A stretch of 64,000 nucleotides of DNA from Neoechinorhynchus agilis. Taxonomy: Eukaryota > Animalia > Acanthocephala. The position numbers and the translations under genes are program-made. Positions 12,132-22,393 of the stretch are shown here, piece by piece (the stretch's first letter is position 1; each line of letters starts with the position of its first letter). A model generated the notes under the pieces. The model saw only the letters and a program-made list of their open reading frames with translations. It was not told the origin of the DNA and ran no database searches. The DNA is taken from positions 3,028,151-3,092,150 of the forward strand of contig CM121341.1 of the NCBI GenBank assembly GCA_051530055.1. Direction: 5' to 3'.

Positions 12132-15100
12132 AAACAGTTTATTTTATTACACTTTTTGTTACACAAAAAATAACAAAACGTTTAAACAATCACCACCGTC
12201 CACGAAGAAGAGGCATCGCTCTCCCCTCAGTGGTTTGGATCGCGAGACCAATGTTTTGGCGCAGGAAGGCACCAGCTCTTGTATTTCCTGTCTTGGCCTG
12301 GAGTCTACTCGATAACTCCTTCGTAAATCTAAGTGCCGAGCTATCGAGCGCCCAAGAGTCTCCAAAGGATACAAAAACGTGAGACCTAGTTAATTCTTTA
12401 TATTTCGCCACCTTTCGGTCCTCCGCGGCAGTAGCCGCTCCCCCAGGGGACTGCACCACACGATCGCCGATGACTTACACGGCCGAAGGTAGGAGGAAAC
12501 TCACTGATGAATCTCCCGCCATATTTAAAATTTCGTTTAATAACTAAAAACCCCCATTTCTATTAATACCAATAATTCGTTCCATTTCCCGATACTGGAG
12601 AAATATCCCATTTTCCTGCAACGAAAAAAATCGGACCAACTCACTTGTCAAAGTTTCGTCATTAAGAGCGCTTTCTCGCCACGGGAATACAGTGACGCCA
12701 TCCGGACGACGACCATCCAACCTGAACAGGTTGCTTGGCTCTAAAATGTTTGGGACGCTCACCGCATTCAGGGCATGCGAAATTACGTCGTTCAATTCAG
12801 CATTCCGTGAGAAACGACCCCCTGATTTGTTGCAAACAAGACCATGTCTCCTCAGTGGATCCAGGATCATTCCACACTGGCAACGATGTTCGACACAAAT
12901 CCGTAGTTCTAAACTGAGGGAAACTCCGATCCGAACTGCTTCGTCTACGAAGAGTGTTCCCACGGATGCAATGGGTAGAGCTTTTAACCATGCTCCCGAT
13001 TCTCTTGTAGAGATTGCCAGCAATCTAGCCCGGTCGACTTCGTCGCGAGAGCCTGAAATTAGAGAACTATGAGCTCGGGCGACTAGAGGTTTATTCCAGA
13101 CAGACCGCTTTAGGCCATTCACAGGAACTTGGTTGTAACCCGTCTTCCCCACCATTCCTGGACCTCCACTAGAAATTCGTCCGCTAAACAGAACTTGGGT
13201 CCCAATATACGTTTTACTAGATCCCGACTCCCTTCGAATGATCCTAAAAACGCAGAAAACGACACATCCAGCGTTTTTCGAATACCCAAGCCACCGGACG
13301 ATACAGGCAATGAAGCTTGTCGCCATGCCTCGTCTGATAGCTGGATATTTAAAACGTGCCCGAGACACGCCTTCACAATGTCATCGAGCTTCTTTAACCT
13401 ATCGACTTGCTTGAAGAAGGAAGCCGTACGCAGTTTATAAAATAGTTTCGGGATTAAGAGGGTTTTCTTACGAAAGTTCCCGGACTCTATCGCACAGCAT
13501 CGTGATGTTCATGAGTAGATGTTAGATTTAATTTTCCACATTAGAATCAAAAACGTAGCTCCCTAGAAAATTCACTTTCGAGCGTAGTGTCATCCAGGTA
13601 CCAAGCGTTAAAGCTGGACTCAAGAGAGTGCTCTATTGGATTCACTGCAAGGGAGAAAGCGATTGGACCGAGATGGTCTCCCTGCTGTACTCCTCTTTCA
13701 GACCAAATGAAGTGGTCTTCGAAAAGCAAAGGAGTCGGGGTCGCGTATGCGTTGAGAAAACGAGGAAAGGCTTCTGGTACGTGACTTTGGAGTGCTTCAA
13801 ACAGAGCGGTACGGTAAATGAAATTGAAGGCATTTGTAAAGTCGTACTTCAAAATCACACGCGGCATTGAACTGTTTGTGATGAAGTGGCGGAGCGCGTG
13901 GACAATGGCTTCGGACCCGCACGGTGTGCAGCATCCCAGTTGGACTGGGCAAAATTGCTGCCCTATCCCTTCTGCAATACGCTTGCAAAGGATTTTACCC
14001 GCGAGCCGACGTAGAGCAGAGCCAGCGGCGATGAGACGAATCCCACCAGTCTTTTTGTTCAAAGCGCACAAAGATGCGCAAAAAATAACTCAATTGCCCG
14101 AGGATGAAAATTTGCTTTGATGAAAAGGTCGACCAGGCGACAAAGATTGGTGGCAAACGAGTGGCCTGCATCTCCAACTGAGACCGACATCATATTCTTT
14201 AGGTGCTGAGGACGAAGCCCATCGAGGCCATGGCCAGAGCCATTGGCGAAGGAGGATATGGCCATTCTCAGTTAAACTGCCGAAGTGGAGTGTCTTTGAG
14301 GGACGGAGCGTGTAGGAATTTCTGTTTGGGTTGAAATTTGCGGCTACTTCAACTTTAGACCCTGAAGTGTGGAGGGTGAATCACTTGCAAATGTATCAGA
14401 GGAGAACAAAATACGGACAGCTCCCCGAACATCTCCATCAGCGAGTTTTGAAGATATACGCTCAGCAAGCGATCTCGTAGAAGTTCGATGGCAGTTAGTC
14501 TCATTCGCACGATGTTTGGGATCCTCCTTTGCTAAACGACGAATGCTCAAGAAACTTTCCTCGAAGGATACGAGGCCTTTTAATTGCCGCAGTGAGGGAC
14601 TCCTCCGAACTGTCGCCAACGGAAAGTATAATTCTGGGGAAGGCAAAGAGCCATGTCCGAGAGGACTCTGAATTTTGTTCGACGCAATCCAGCAGAAGTA
14701 TCTGTCATTGTCAACATCCGTCATCCAGTTCAACATCCGTCATCCAGACACCTTCAGCAAAGATAGATGCTGGCAAGTGTGTGGATCGTGCTTTTCTTAC
14801 ATTAATAAAACGTGTTTATAAAATCCTTTAACTACTAGATATCGTGCGCCCTTTGGGATCCATTTCAGAATGTTTCTGGGAAGAACACGCACGAGATCAG
14901 CAGCGGAAGGAAGACTGTCGGCATCATCTGGAAGCGTCGACGGATTTTCTGGTGTTGCCGGTTGAAGCGATCGCGGGATTTAAAAAGATCCCCACAACGT
15001 GATTTGACGGGCCCAGGAATGGGCAAAACCTCCAATTTCGTGATTGAAAAATAGTCTAAACAAACGGGGGATATACCTTTGAAGAAGCCTGGTGTCTCGG

Positions 15101-15238
15101 TAGCGTTGGGCGTTTCTTTGGCCTTTTCACTTGGCTCGTTTGGGGTGGGCAAGTTTCCGTCTTCATATTGTGGTCTAGCATCCAGGTTCCGAGCGAAGCG
15201 AGGGGACGGTATCGGTGTCGTCGGTGGTGGAGGCGGCA
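12132..15238 (-). mobile_element. Near full-length, degenerate CRE-clade (RLE) non-LTR retrotransposon
   Basis: ATG at 15239; degenerate zinc finger SPVCLDYFSITK...KSRCG; RISSKLADGDVRGAVRIL; SSFANGSGHGLDGLRPQHLK. RT: GGIRLIAAGSALRRL, KYDFTNAFN, GVQQGDHLGPIAF, WYLDD. Then [62 protein letters not shown]. Candidate 10-bp TSD TTCTTAAAAA (plus-strand TTTTTAAGAA at 12122-12131 and 15239-15248). Confidence 0.9.
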
Positions 15239-15397
15239 TTTTTAAGAATAATTTTGTTTTTTAGATCGATTTCTGTGTTTTAAATTTATTGAAAATTGAC
15301 AGACGTCGACTCTGTGAGATGAGTAACGCAATGTGAGCGTATCTTTTCTATGCTGTTGCATGCCACAAAAGTAACGTCGAGATCATTGATTGAAGAT

Positions 15398-15812
15398 GGA
15401 AGAGGAATTCCCGTCCAGCGTCAATACAGAAAATGGATTAGGAGACTATTTTGATTTCTTTGTTCCTTTCGCAAACTCGCAAGCATTGAGTTATTTAAAG
15501 GAGAGCTTCAAGAAAGTATGTTTTCTTAGATTAAACTGAACGATTCAGCAGCTATTTAAAAAGTTCATGGATCGTAAATTTATCGAAGATCAATTAAAAC
15601 AACTTGTGATGCCATCTCGTAAAAGTGTTGCTCACTGGGACACACGAACTTATGATGGAAAAAGATTAATCAGTATTTTAGAATGCGGATTGGACAATTC
15701 ATCAAAAAGAACAAATCTTACAATAAAAACAAGCTCAGAGTTCAAAAACGCCGCTGATTTGATTTATGCGGACAGCAATACTGAACATTACGAGTTTATG
15801 GTAATGAAATGA
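15398..15812 (+). other. Unassigned coding-like fragments (MEEEFPSS... and MDRKFIEDQ...HWDTRTYDGKRLISIL)
   Basis: Two short protein-like frames with a GTATGT donor between them. The HWD..DGKRL segment weakly recalls transposase-derived proteins; no family assigned. Confidence 0.2.
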
Positions 15813-15960
15813 CGACTTGAATGAAATTTCTATTTTAGTTACTAAGATCATTTCAACTTTCAAGGTTCAATATTTTGCATTTTTCTAATAAATTGTCGAA
15901 ATGAAAATTTTACAATGCAGAAAAATAATTAAAAAGATGTTCATCATTTACTTTTTTGAA

Positions 15961-16122
15961 GCGAATTATAATAATTGATTTATTTGATAATTTTCGGCCT
16001 TTGGGTAGACCTTCCTCAGTAAATTGCTTGTAACTTTTTAAATATGTGAGTTACAGGCAGTAGATTGAAGAATGTTTACGCCAAGGCCGAAAATTATCAA
16101 ATAAATCATTATTATAATTCGC
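15961..16122. ncRNA. Fold-back palindrome with hammerhead motif
   Basis: Arms about 15961-16032 and 16049-16122, several mismatches being G:U compatible. Minus strand of left arm: CTGAGGA A GGTCT ACCCAA AGGCC GAAA AT TA (UUA triplet). Confidence 0.75.
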
Positions 16123-16262
16123 TATAAAAAAGAAATATAATTGACTAAATCGGAATTCGGGCAAAAACCTACTAAAAACCTTCATCGAACTTAAAATGAC
16201 AATTAAATTCTTGGTTTTACGAGAACGAGAAGATAATGTTATTTAGTAGAAATAAATTTAAG

Positions 16263-17804
16263 ATTTTTGCCAAAAGTTTCTTGAATTTTTATCCAAAATC
16301 TAAGCTACTTCGCTTTGTTGTCCGAGAATTTTTTGTACCTACGAACCTGTTCGATATAATTAAAAAATTAAAGAAAAAATCGATATTTTAGCCCGATAAA
16401 CATGCGTATTGCGTATTCGTGGAACCAGACTGCGCATCTTCGGTCCTCCGTGGAGCTGATATCTACGAAAAAGGGATTGAATCATTAAAAAAGTAAGATC
16501 GTTAAAATCGGTGTTCGCCATAATTTAAATACATAAAAACAGAATGAACAAAGCTTACGCGGAGCTTTGTATTTGTTGTGCGCCCAACAGATCACGAATT
16601 GCAGAAAATAAAAAATACTTTCCCATAGCAAAAGGATATTTCATCGATGAGAATCATAAACACGGTCGAATTAAAATCAATGCCAGTGTTTTTAATCGAC
16701 CTGCTTTTTGCTTAAAAGGAGATAAATTACTTTTTGATACATATCCATCGATGTTCGCAATAGAGTCGCTCGATTGCCAACCAGGAGATCGTGTTGCATT
16801 TTACGGCTTCTCTTCATGTGAGTCCATCAAATTCTAAAAAGAAACAACAAGTGGATTATTTAGCAAGGATTATTTATTGTCTTAAGAAGATGGACTTTTC
16901 GGTACGTACAATCTTATAATAAATAACTGATCCAATCAAATTCATCGATATGCTTTAAAGTACAATTATTTTGTCCAGAAATGTAAATTAATGGACTCTG
17001 TTCATCTAATATATTTATTTTGCAATCGAGAATTTTAATATAAAAATCGAATTACCAAATTCGTTTCCTGAATTCAAATTATAATTTACGTATAGGGTAA
17101 CATTGATATATTTCATTATGGAAGGAGAAAATGGATCCAACGAATGGAGAAATTTATTTACCTATGGAATGTTCAAAGTTATGTCTCATTATTCGAAAAT
17201 ATTACCAGTAAATGCCACAGGATTTTGCACCGAGTTGATTTCTGAACGTTACAGATCACGACAAGAAATACAAAAAGCTTTTTTTCGCAGCTCCAAGCAC
17301 TTGTACTGGAAAACTACCGGTTATTTTTAAAAAGCTATCAATAAAACAAATAAAGGGCATTATTAAACATCAAAAGAATATTTTTTCTCGTGTAAGAAAA
17401 AATTAAAACTTGCCAAAAACTATGATTGATGATTTTAAGTTCGTTCAACTGGCGGCAGATGATGCAGAACTCGTTTATTTCACAGAATCAATTTTAATCG
17501 AGGAAAACGAAGAACAAATCAGAAGCATATTGGAATCGCATCGAAAAATGAAGATTATTGAATTAGTATTTAAATAGCAAACATTTTTCCTGATATTTCA
17601 AAATTCACAATTTAGCCGGTAACACAAAACTGTGACAATGGATTACCTTTGTTCGACGGAAGCGAACTAACGAAACGATTCGGTCCTTTCTCAAAATCAG
17701 GAGATACCGATGGAGGTTTTGTTGCGAAATTCAGAATATCAAATGAAGATAATAAACCTCAATTAAAATCAAAAAAACTAAAGAACGGCAATCGCAGCTG
17801 TTAA
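16263..17804 (+). CDS. NSUN6: NSUN6-like RNA m5C methyltransferase homolog lacking catalytic motifs (5' end incomplete)
   Basis: Phase-compatible GT-AG exons: 16263-16334, 16392-16492 (PUA: CASSVLRGADIYEKGI), 16543-16817 (FNRPAF...YPSMFAIESLDCQPGDRV), 16852-16901, 17096-17233, 17255-17302, 17440-17565 (ELVYFTESILIEENEEQI), 17616-17804 (KRFGP...DTDGGFVAKF). Domain order matches NSUN6. Confidence 0.8.
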
Positions 17805-18159
17805 AAATAAAGAATCTCAATACGTTTTCTCCTTTTATTGAACCCTAAACATGGATTCTCACATTTGGATAATATGTCTAAGTCTCAAAAGTTCAAAAAG
17901 CATTAATTTTGTTAAAAATTCTCCGTTTCACGACTTCGTATCACTTGATAGCGGAGTCCAGAAAATATCAAATGAAGATAATAAACCTCAATTAAAATCA
18001 AAAACTAAAGAACGGCAATCGCAGCTGTTAAAAATAAAGAATCTCAAAACGTTTTCTCCTTTTATTGAACCCTAAACATGGATTCTCACATTTGAATAAT
18101 ATGTCTAAGTCTCAAAAGTTCAAAAAGCGTTAATTTTGTTAAAAATTCTCCGTTTCACG
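17735..18159 (+). repeat. Direct duplication (about 197 bp, period 229) of the NSUN6-like 3' end
   Basis: 17735-17932 and 17964-18159 are nearly identical and differ in an A-run length. Confidence 0.9.
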
Positions 18160-18339
18160 GTTTAAAGATCGAATTGTCTAGTTTTTTATATGGTGGAAAA
18201 TTTGAAGTAATTTTTTCTTCTTGTTCTTTAGCCTTTGTCCCGAACAATGGCGGGGTCGGCTCTTATCGATCTAACCCTCCATTTTCCTCGGTCATGTGCC
18301 ATATCCGGGTGCAGGTTTGCAGCCCTGAAGTATTTATTG

Positions 18340-18590
18340 AATTCAATATTTCGGCATAACACACTTAGGGAAAGTCTACTTTATTCCCTTCTGATGTTTC
18401 AACCTGGCGAATGAATATGGTCTCCATTATCAAGCGATTCCTGTCCATTGAGTGGATTTGTTGTATTGAACGGTTAAGTAAGACAGAACTGACGTTAGCA
18501 TCTCTCCTCAAAGACTATTTATATTCTTTCCAAATTGTTTGTTTGACCTACATTGGATTTACTACATTCGGTGCGTTCGGACCAACAAAA
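18340..18590 (-). mobile_element. Degenerate PLE GIY-YIG endonuclease remnant with downstream GAAATATT
   Basis: Minus-strand frames TECSKSNVGQTNNLERI and RNRLIMETIFIRQ, then CCGAAATATTG at 18344-18354. Confidence 0.6.
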
Positions 18591-18649
18591 AAATGAATAC
18601 CTTTTGCAGAAAAAACAAGAAATTGTCATGCATTGTTTTAATTCGTTGA

Positions 18650-18900
18650 CCAAATCCATCTCGGAAGGGTGCGTCTATGAGATACCCGTAAAGACTGGCC
18701 ACAAGTCTACATATTGAGCAGACTAACAATCTACTACGCAGGATTGGTGAGCATCGAAACGCTGTTGAAAAAGGAAACTGACAAAAGCTCTGCAGAGCTT
18801 AGTCACTCGAAATCGAATCATGAGATTGATGCGAAGTGAAGATCGATATGCAAGTGGGATAGTCGAAGAAATGAACATTGAATTTCGAGATCTCCCTTCG
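18650..18900 (+). mobile_element. Degenerate PLE GIY-YIG endonuclease remnant
   Basis: GCVYEIP / DWPQVY / IEQTNNLLRRIGEHRNAVEKG with two small frameshifts, matching the G.VY.IPC..C..YIG.T..L..RI.EH signature. Confidence 0.75.
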
Positions 18901-19256
18901 TACCTTTTAGACATAAAGAAGTCCGAAAAGACGGACGAAAAAATTAGAATTAATAAATTTTAAAATGTTCGTGGCAAGCCACGTCTTTATGATTCACAAT
19001 ATTTCGTCTATTTCTCGGCCTTTTGGAATGAAGCAACACCGATCCACCGATACCGATAAGTGTGGCTTCAAGCAAAAAAAATCGAGGAAGGAACGAAATA
19101 TTGTGAATTAATAAATTAATCTCTATATCACCAAACAAAATATGTATACAGGAAGATAGTTATACCGACGGATCCCCTTCTGGAACCCATTAAGTATAAA
19201 ATGGCAGGAATTAAGTCGCTCCAACCAGGATTTTCTCCGGGGGGGTAATGAAATTA

Positions 19257-19434
19257 TTAATTGTTCTGGCGCAACTTTACTCTTAATCTCCCCGGCGATC
19301 TCGACCGCATGCGGTCCTCTTCAGACATCGTTTGCAAGTGTTTACGAAGTGAGATCGGTCGCATGCGATCGATAAAATTTAGAATAAATCAATTAATATC
19401 GCTGGGAGGTTAAGAAGTTGCGCCAGAACAATTA
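19257..19434. ncRNA. Imperfect fold-back element with degenerate hammerhead motif
   Basis: Outer arms TTAATTGTTCTGGCGCAACTT...CTCCCGGCGAT / ATCGCTGGGAG...AAGTTGCGCCAGAACAATTAA. Minus strand: AAACACTTGCAAACGATGT CTGAAGA G GACCGC AT GCGGTC GAGATC (GAAATATC partly deleted). Confidence 0.7.
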
Positions 19435-20179
19435 ACAGAGTATTCTATGAAGGAAAAGGAGTGGCAGGAGCTGAAAAGAAGGGCAGATCAAAGACTACGG
19501 TCATCTCGAACTTCTTTAAAGTCGAAAAAGAAGAATTTAAATTTTCTTTGCATTCTATGAAAGAAAAACCGAGTGGCCTGAGCTGAGAGGAAGGCCTTCA
19601 TAAGTGCCCCATTCGTCGATGATGAACTATTCACTGCGATTAACAATCTGATAAAAAAGGAACCAAGAAAACTAAACCATTAAGATCCTTGGTGAAGAAA
19701 CGATCCTTGCATCGAATGCATTAAATCCTAAACAATTTTTTGAAAGAAAACAAAAATATGCTCTGAGGAGAGACGCCGACGCCGGTTTCGATTATTTTTC
19801 GGCAACAAGGCCACGTTTGCGCAAAGTGAATCCAAATCAGATCGCGAGCCATAATTCGCCAGGTTGAAACAGTAGACAAAGGAGAATAAGAGGAAGTTTA
19901 AACTGAATCTCAGAATATTGTGAATTTAGCAATTTCCAAAGTGTGGATTTTAGACCTTGATGAATGCGATCAATGTTTTGCGTTCGAAATCAATCGGATT
20001 TAATAAATTTCCTTTCAATTTTTCCACCATAAACAAGTCCGTAATCATCGATCGATCACGGTTTCGGGCTATCAACAAATCGTTTTCCTTGTATTTCCCA
20101 AACAACCGTCATCGAGCACGAAAGAGATCTTTTCTATTCCGTGAATGTTTCTTTAGTCGCCAAAACGTTCGTTTCTTAA

Positions 20180-22047
20180 ATGCGCCTCTTCTTTTGGTTT
20201 TTGTTTGTGGTTCCTTTACTCTCAAAATCCGCAATCAGTGACAGCGATGAAGAATTCGACGATCCGGACGACTTGTTTGACCTCGGAATTGAGAATGACT
20301 TTGATCGTGAAACGACGACCGTCCATCCGAAACAACCGGATGATGATCAAATCCGTATTGTACCAATGCGAACGTCCTCGAGCTTTCTATTTCGGGGATA
20401 TTATTGGGAAATGTTTATAATTCTCATTATGACTCTCTATATCACTTGGTACATTCACGGACGGCAATCCGCCTTCGATACCAGCCTTTCCTGGTACATT
20501 CTTGACCGACAAAATCTGATGGATAATTTCGCTCTTATTGGAGATTCAGTGAACATATCGATTGAGAACATCGATGAGCGAGATTCACAGGCTGTTGTTA
20601 AGGAATCCGATATGTATTATCGATTATGGTGCAGTGGAAGGAGTGGCTGTGAAGGCGTTCTTGTGGAGATTTCGCTTTCACCTTGTCGATTTTGCCTTTT
20701 TCACAATGTCTTGTCCCGATTGAGACCGAAAATGGCGAAACGAAGACTTGATGACATTCTTAGCTTCAGTGTCGATTTAGGAGTTATCGGAAATGTACCA
20801 TTATCGTCTCAGCAGCAATATGAATCTTCATTTATATTCTGCGCTGTTCAAAAAAGATTGGCGGCTTGGCATTATAAAAAATGCGGTGACCTACAGGCAT
20901 TCTGCTCGTCTACTTGATCGAAGCTTTTTAAAACGGTGATTTTTGTTAGTCTGTAGATTATTTTGCACACTAATCGAATTGGTAATTCTCGTTCTTAATA
21001 AATTTGAGACCGCATTTCTCCAAAAAAATATGTTTTTGATATTCACTAAATTGTCCTTTAGAAGCACGATTTTTATTACTCAAAAATCGAATAGGAAACT
21101 AGAAATTAAAAAGAACAAAGCTTTTATTTTGCTATAAATATGAGTTACAAATGTGACACGTTTAAATCTTTCTCCAAAAGTAGCTTAGATTTCCTCTAAG
21201 CAAAATTTAGTCAGAAGTTAAAATATTCAACAAGGCAAAAACCATATTTTAATGTAATTACCAGCAAAAAAAGTTAATTTTTTTAATAATTCTCATGTAA
21301 TATTTAAAAAAATTTAATTTTTTCTGTAAAAATGGGATTGATTTTTGAAAGCTTCGACGCGTACACCACAGCCATTGAACTCAGTTTCAGCGTTTTCTTC
21401 TCTAAAATCGGATTTAGTGATATTTTCTGAAGTTCCTGATTTAACTTCAATTTTATCTTCTCGTTCGTTCTTAATACCTTACTTAACCTCGGGATGCATT
21501 CGCTACGTTCACATAAAAAGTCGGTTTTTGTGTGTGTGTTTACTACTGGACGAAATCCGGCTTTATAACCGATCAACTTGAGATGAACATCAAACGCACA
21601 GGCACATCGAAATCCTCATCATTTCTATCTGATCAATCGCCGGTTTATGGTTCCGTTAATTCAGACTTAAGCCGCCATCGCGTAATGGTAATAGAATTCT
21701 CTTTAAAGAATCTCGAACTTCATCCATCCAAAGATCTGTCTCCTGCTTTGTTTGTCACTCATTTAATTGATCGATTGTCTAATTTCCGAGTGACGAACAA
21801 GCAAACAAGCAATCAATTGGAGAAGAATAGAGTTCGGGCAGTTGAAGCTCGTCTTAAACAAGAACATCAACGACGACAAGAAGAAGCTCAGACAAGGCGC
21901 GAGGAAAAAAGAAGAGCAGAGAAAGATAGATTAATGAATGAAAGTGATCCGGAGAAACAAAGAAAATTAATGGAACGACTTCATAAGCACGAAGTTAAGA
22001 AAAAACAACAAAAGGTTAGAGGTAAACAAGTCATAGCTCGAATGTAA
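20180..22047 (+). CDS. CCDC47: CCDC47 (PAT complex subunit / calumin), spliced
   Basis: Signal peptide MRLFFWFLFVVPLL, acidic stretch, TM YYWEMFIILIMTLYITWYIHG, YRLWCSGRSGCEGVLVEI, DLQAFCS, LVIFSEV, SDQ, and C-terminal KNRVRAVEARLKQEHQRRQEEAQTRREEKRRAEKDRLMNESDPEKQRKL. Exact splice sites at about 20915-21390 and 21520-21601 are uncertain. Confidence 0.92.
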
Positions 22048-22393
22048 ACATTGACGTGCAAATACACTGTACATACTCTTTTTTTGCAGTTGCTGTCAAA
22101 TTTTTTCATAAAAATACATTTCTAGTGTGGATTTTCCTTGAAAGTTAAGCTGGGTAAAAGGTTTCCGTCTGAAAGCGAGTGTATTTTTTCTGTAGTCAAA
22201 TCAATCTTATAAGAAAGCGTTTGATTTTATCGCTCTTAGGCTCAAAAATAAAGTTTATAGTTCTAATAAAATAACTTCTAAATTTGCGCAGTTTTTTAGA
22301 AACTACGCCGTCTTTTAAAAAAAGACAAAAAACGCGATATTAACGAAATGCAATGTGATAATTTTCGTCAAAGAATATTTCACAATCACCAGA

